Source: Carcharhinus longimanus
Lineage: Eukaryota
Direction: 5' to 3'
NCBI GenBank assembly: GCA_030264375.1
Contig: JASCQW010000162.1
Span: 41,583,786-41,647,785 of the forward strand
DNA length: 64,000 nucleotides
Position 1 is the first letter of the stretch. Each line of letters begins with the position of its first letter. The notes under the pieces are model-generated. The model saw only the letters and a program-made list of their open reading frames with translations. It was not told the DNA's origin and did no database searches. Positions 62,985-64,000 of this stretch are shown here, piece by piece. A program made the position numbers and the translations under genes.

Positions 62985-63535
62985 ATGAATGGTGGTGAAC
63001 AACTGGAAGAGGAGGATCCACGAATATCCCTAGCCTCAATGATGGGGCAGCCAAGAAGACAAACATTTGGGGAGAATTCTCCAGCAGTTCATGCTGGCCA
63101 TATTCTTTGGTCCCACTGGCAGCACACCCCTGCCACTTGGTTCGTGACAGCATGGGGTGACATCAATAGCAAATCCCATTAACGGTGGCGAGACCAGGGA
63201 ATCCCACTGCCAGTAACCAGTGTGCCACTCCTGCTGCTGAGAAACACATGGGCTGGGAAGCTGGAGAATTCCCCCCACTTGTTATCATTTTCATTCAGTT
63301 GTGCTGAGTGAGTGATTCATCTCAGCCTCCTCCTGAGGTCCCCAGCATCAGAGATAATAATCTTCGGTTCATTTGCTTCACTCTACATTTTCTGCAATAC
63401 AACAGTGGTTGCACTTAAAAAATGCTTAATTGGCTGTCAAGAGTTATATAAATTCAAGCATTTCTTTTCTCTAAATATGAAGAAGCAGCTGGAAGCAATG
63501 GATACAGAAAAGACTGTGGGCCCTAACAGTATCTG
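62985..63535 (+). mobile_element. CR1-group LINE internal fragment split by a MITE and a Deu-SINE tail
   Basis: GGGSTNIPSLNDG (~63010), PPEVP (~63330) and KKQLEAMDTEKTVGPNSI (~63480), resembling K.L..LDT.KAMGPDNI, are collinear pieces. Confidence 0.6.
63069..63276. mobile_element. 208-bp Harbinger-like MITE
   Basis: TIRs GGGGAGAATTCTCCAGC / GCTGGAGAATTCCCCCC (16/17 match). Confidence 0.8.
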
Positions 63536-64000
63536 AATAGTTTTGTGCAATGAAGTAAAGAATTAAACTTGAAACTTACTTCATAAATGGTTACAAATCT
63601 ACTTGCAACAAAATACTTGCTTGATGCTGCATATTGAACACTAATAACTCAATTGGATCTGACCGAATTTTTCTAAGACAATTTGTTATAACAGAGGTGT
63701 AATATTTTACACTTTTTAATACAGGAGATGGAAGAAATTATGTTCAGGCAGGTGAAAGGTTATCATGACATGCAACTGTGTTGTTGACCTCGCAATATTT
63801 GTGTTCCATGAGCTATTGTTAAAACTGGTACTGGGACAGAGATGTAACATGATCAGTGTACAAACTAGGAATTAGATCAAAGCCATTAGATATGGGAAAT
63901 TTTCTCACATGAGAGGTAAGAAAACTGAATATCCCCACAAAAATCTATTGGCCCCAGAAAAAAAAGTCAATATTTACCATTCCAACTATTTACCAAATGA

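Overview
Eukaryotic, repeat-rich, non-coding DNA from a cartilaginous fish, almost certainly a shark (inferred from HE1-type V-SINEs, HER1/CR1 and L2 LINE remnants, Deu-domain SacSINE1-like SINEs and Penelope-like termini). I found no intact host gene or convincing coding exon, so the window looks intergenic or deep intronic, and it has several N-gaps. It contains CR1, L2, RTE (one near full length), Vingi-like and Penelope retroelements, several tRNA-derived SINE families, three decayed PIF/Harbinger transposase remnants, many Harbinger-like non-autonomous elements and two minisatellites. Three observations stand out. (1) An intronless alpha-tubulin mRNA fragment is fused in the same orientation to an L2 3' tail, which suggests a LINE template-switch retrocopy. 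(2) Harbinger-like elements sit, apparently more than once, at the predicted GUU cleavage triplet of a Penelope hammerhead ribozyme. (3) Some SINE families share a head but carry exchanged tails. Repeat names come from my recall of motifs and consensus sequences, not from database searches, and most boundaries are approximate (tens of bp).
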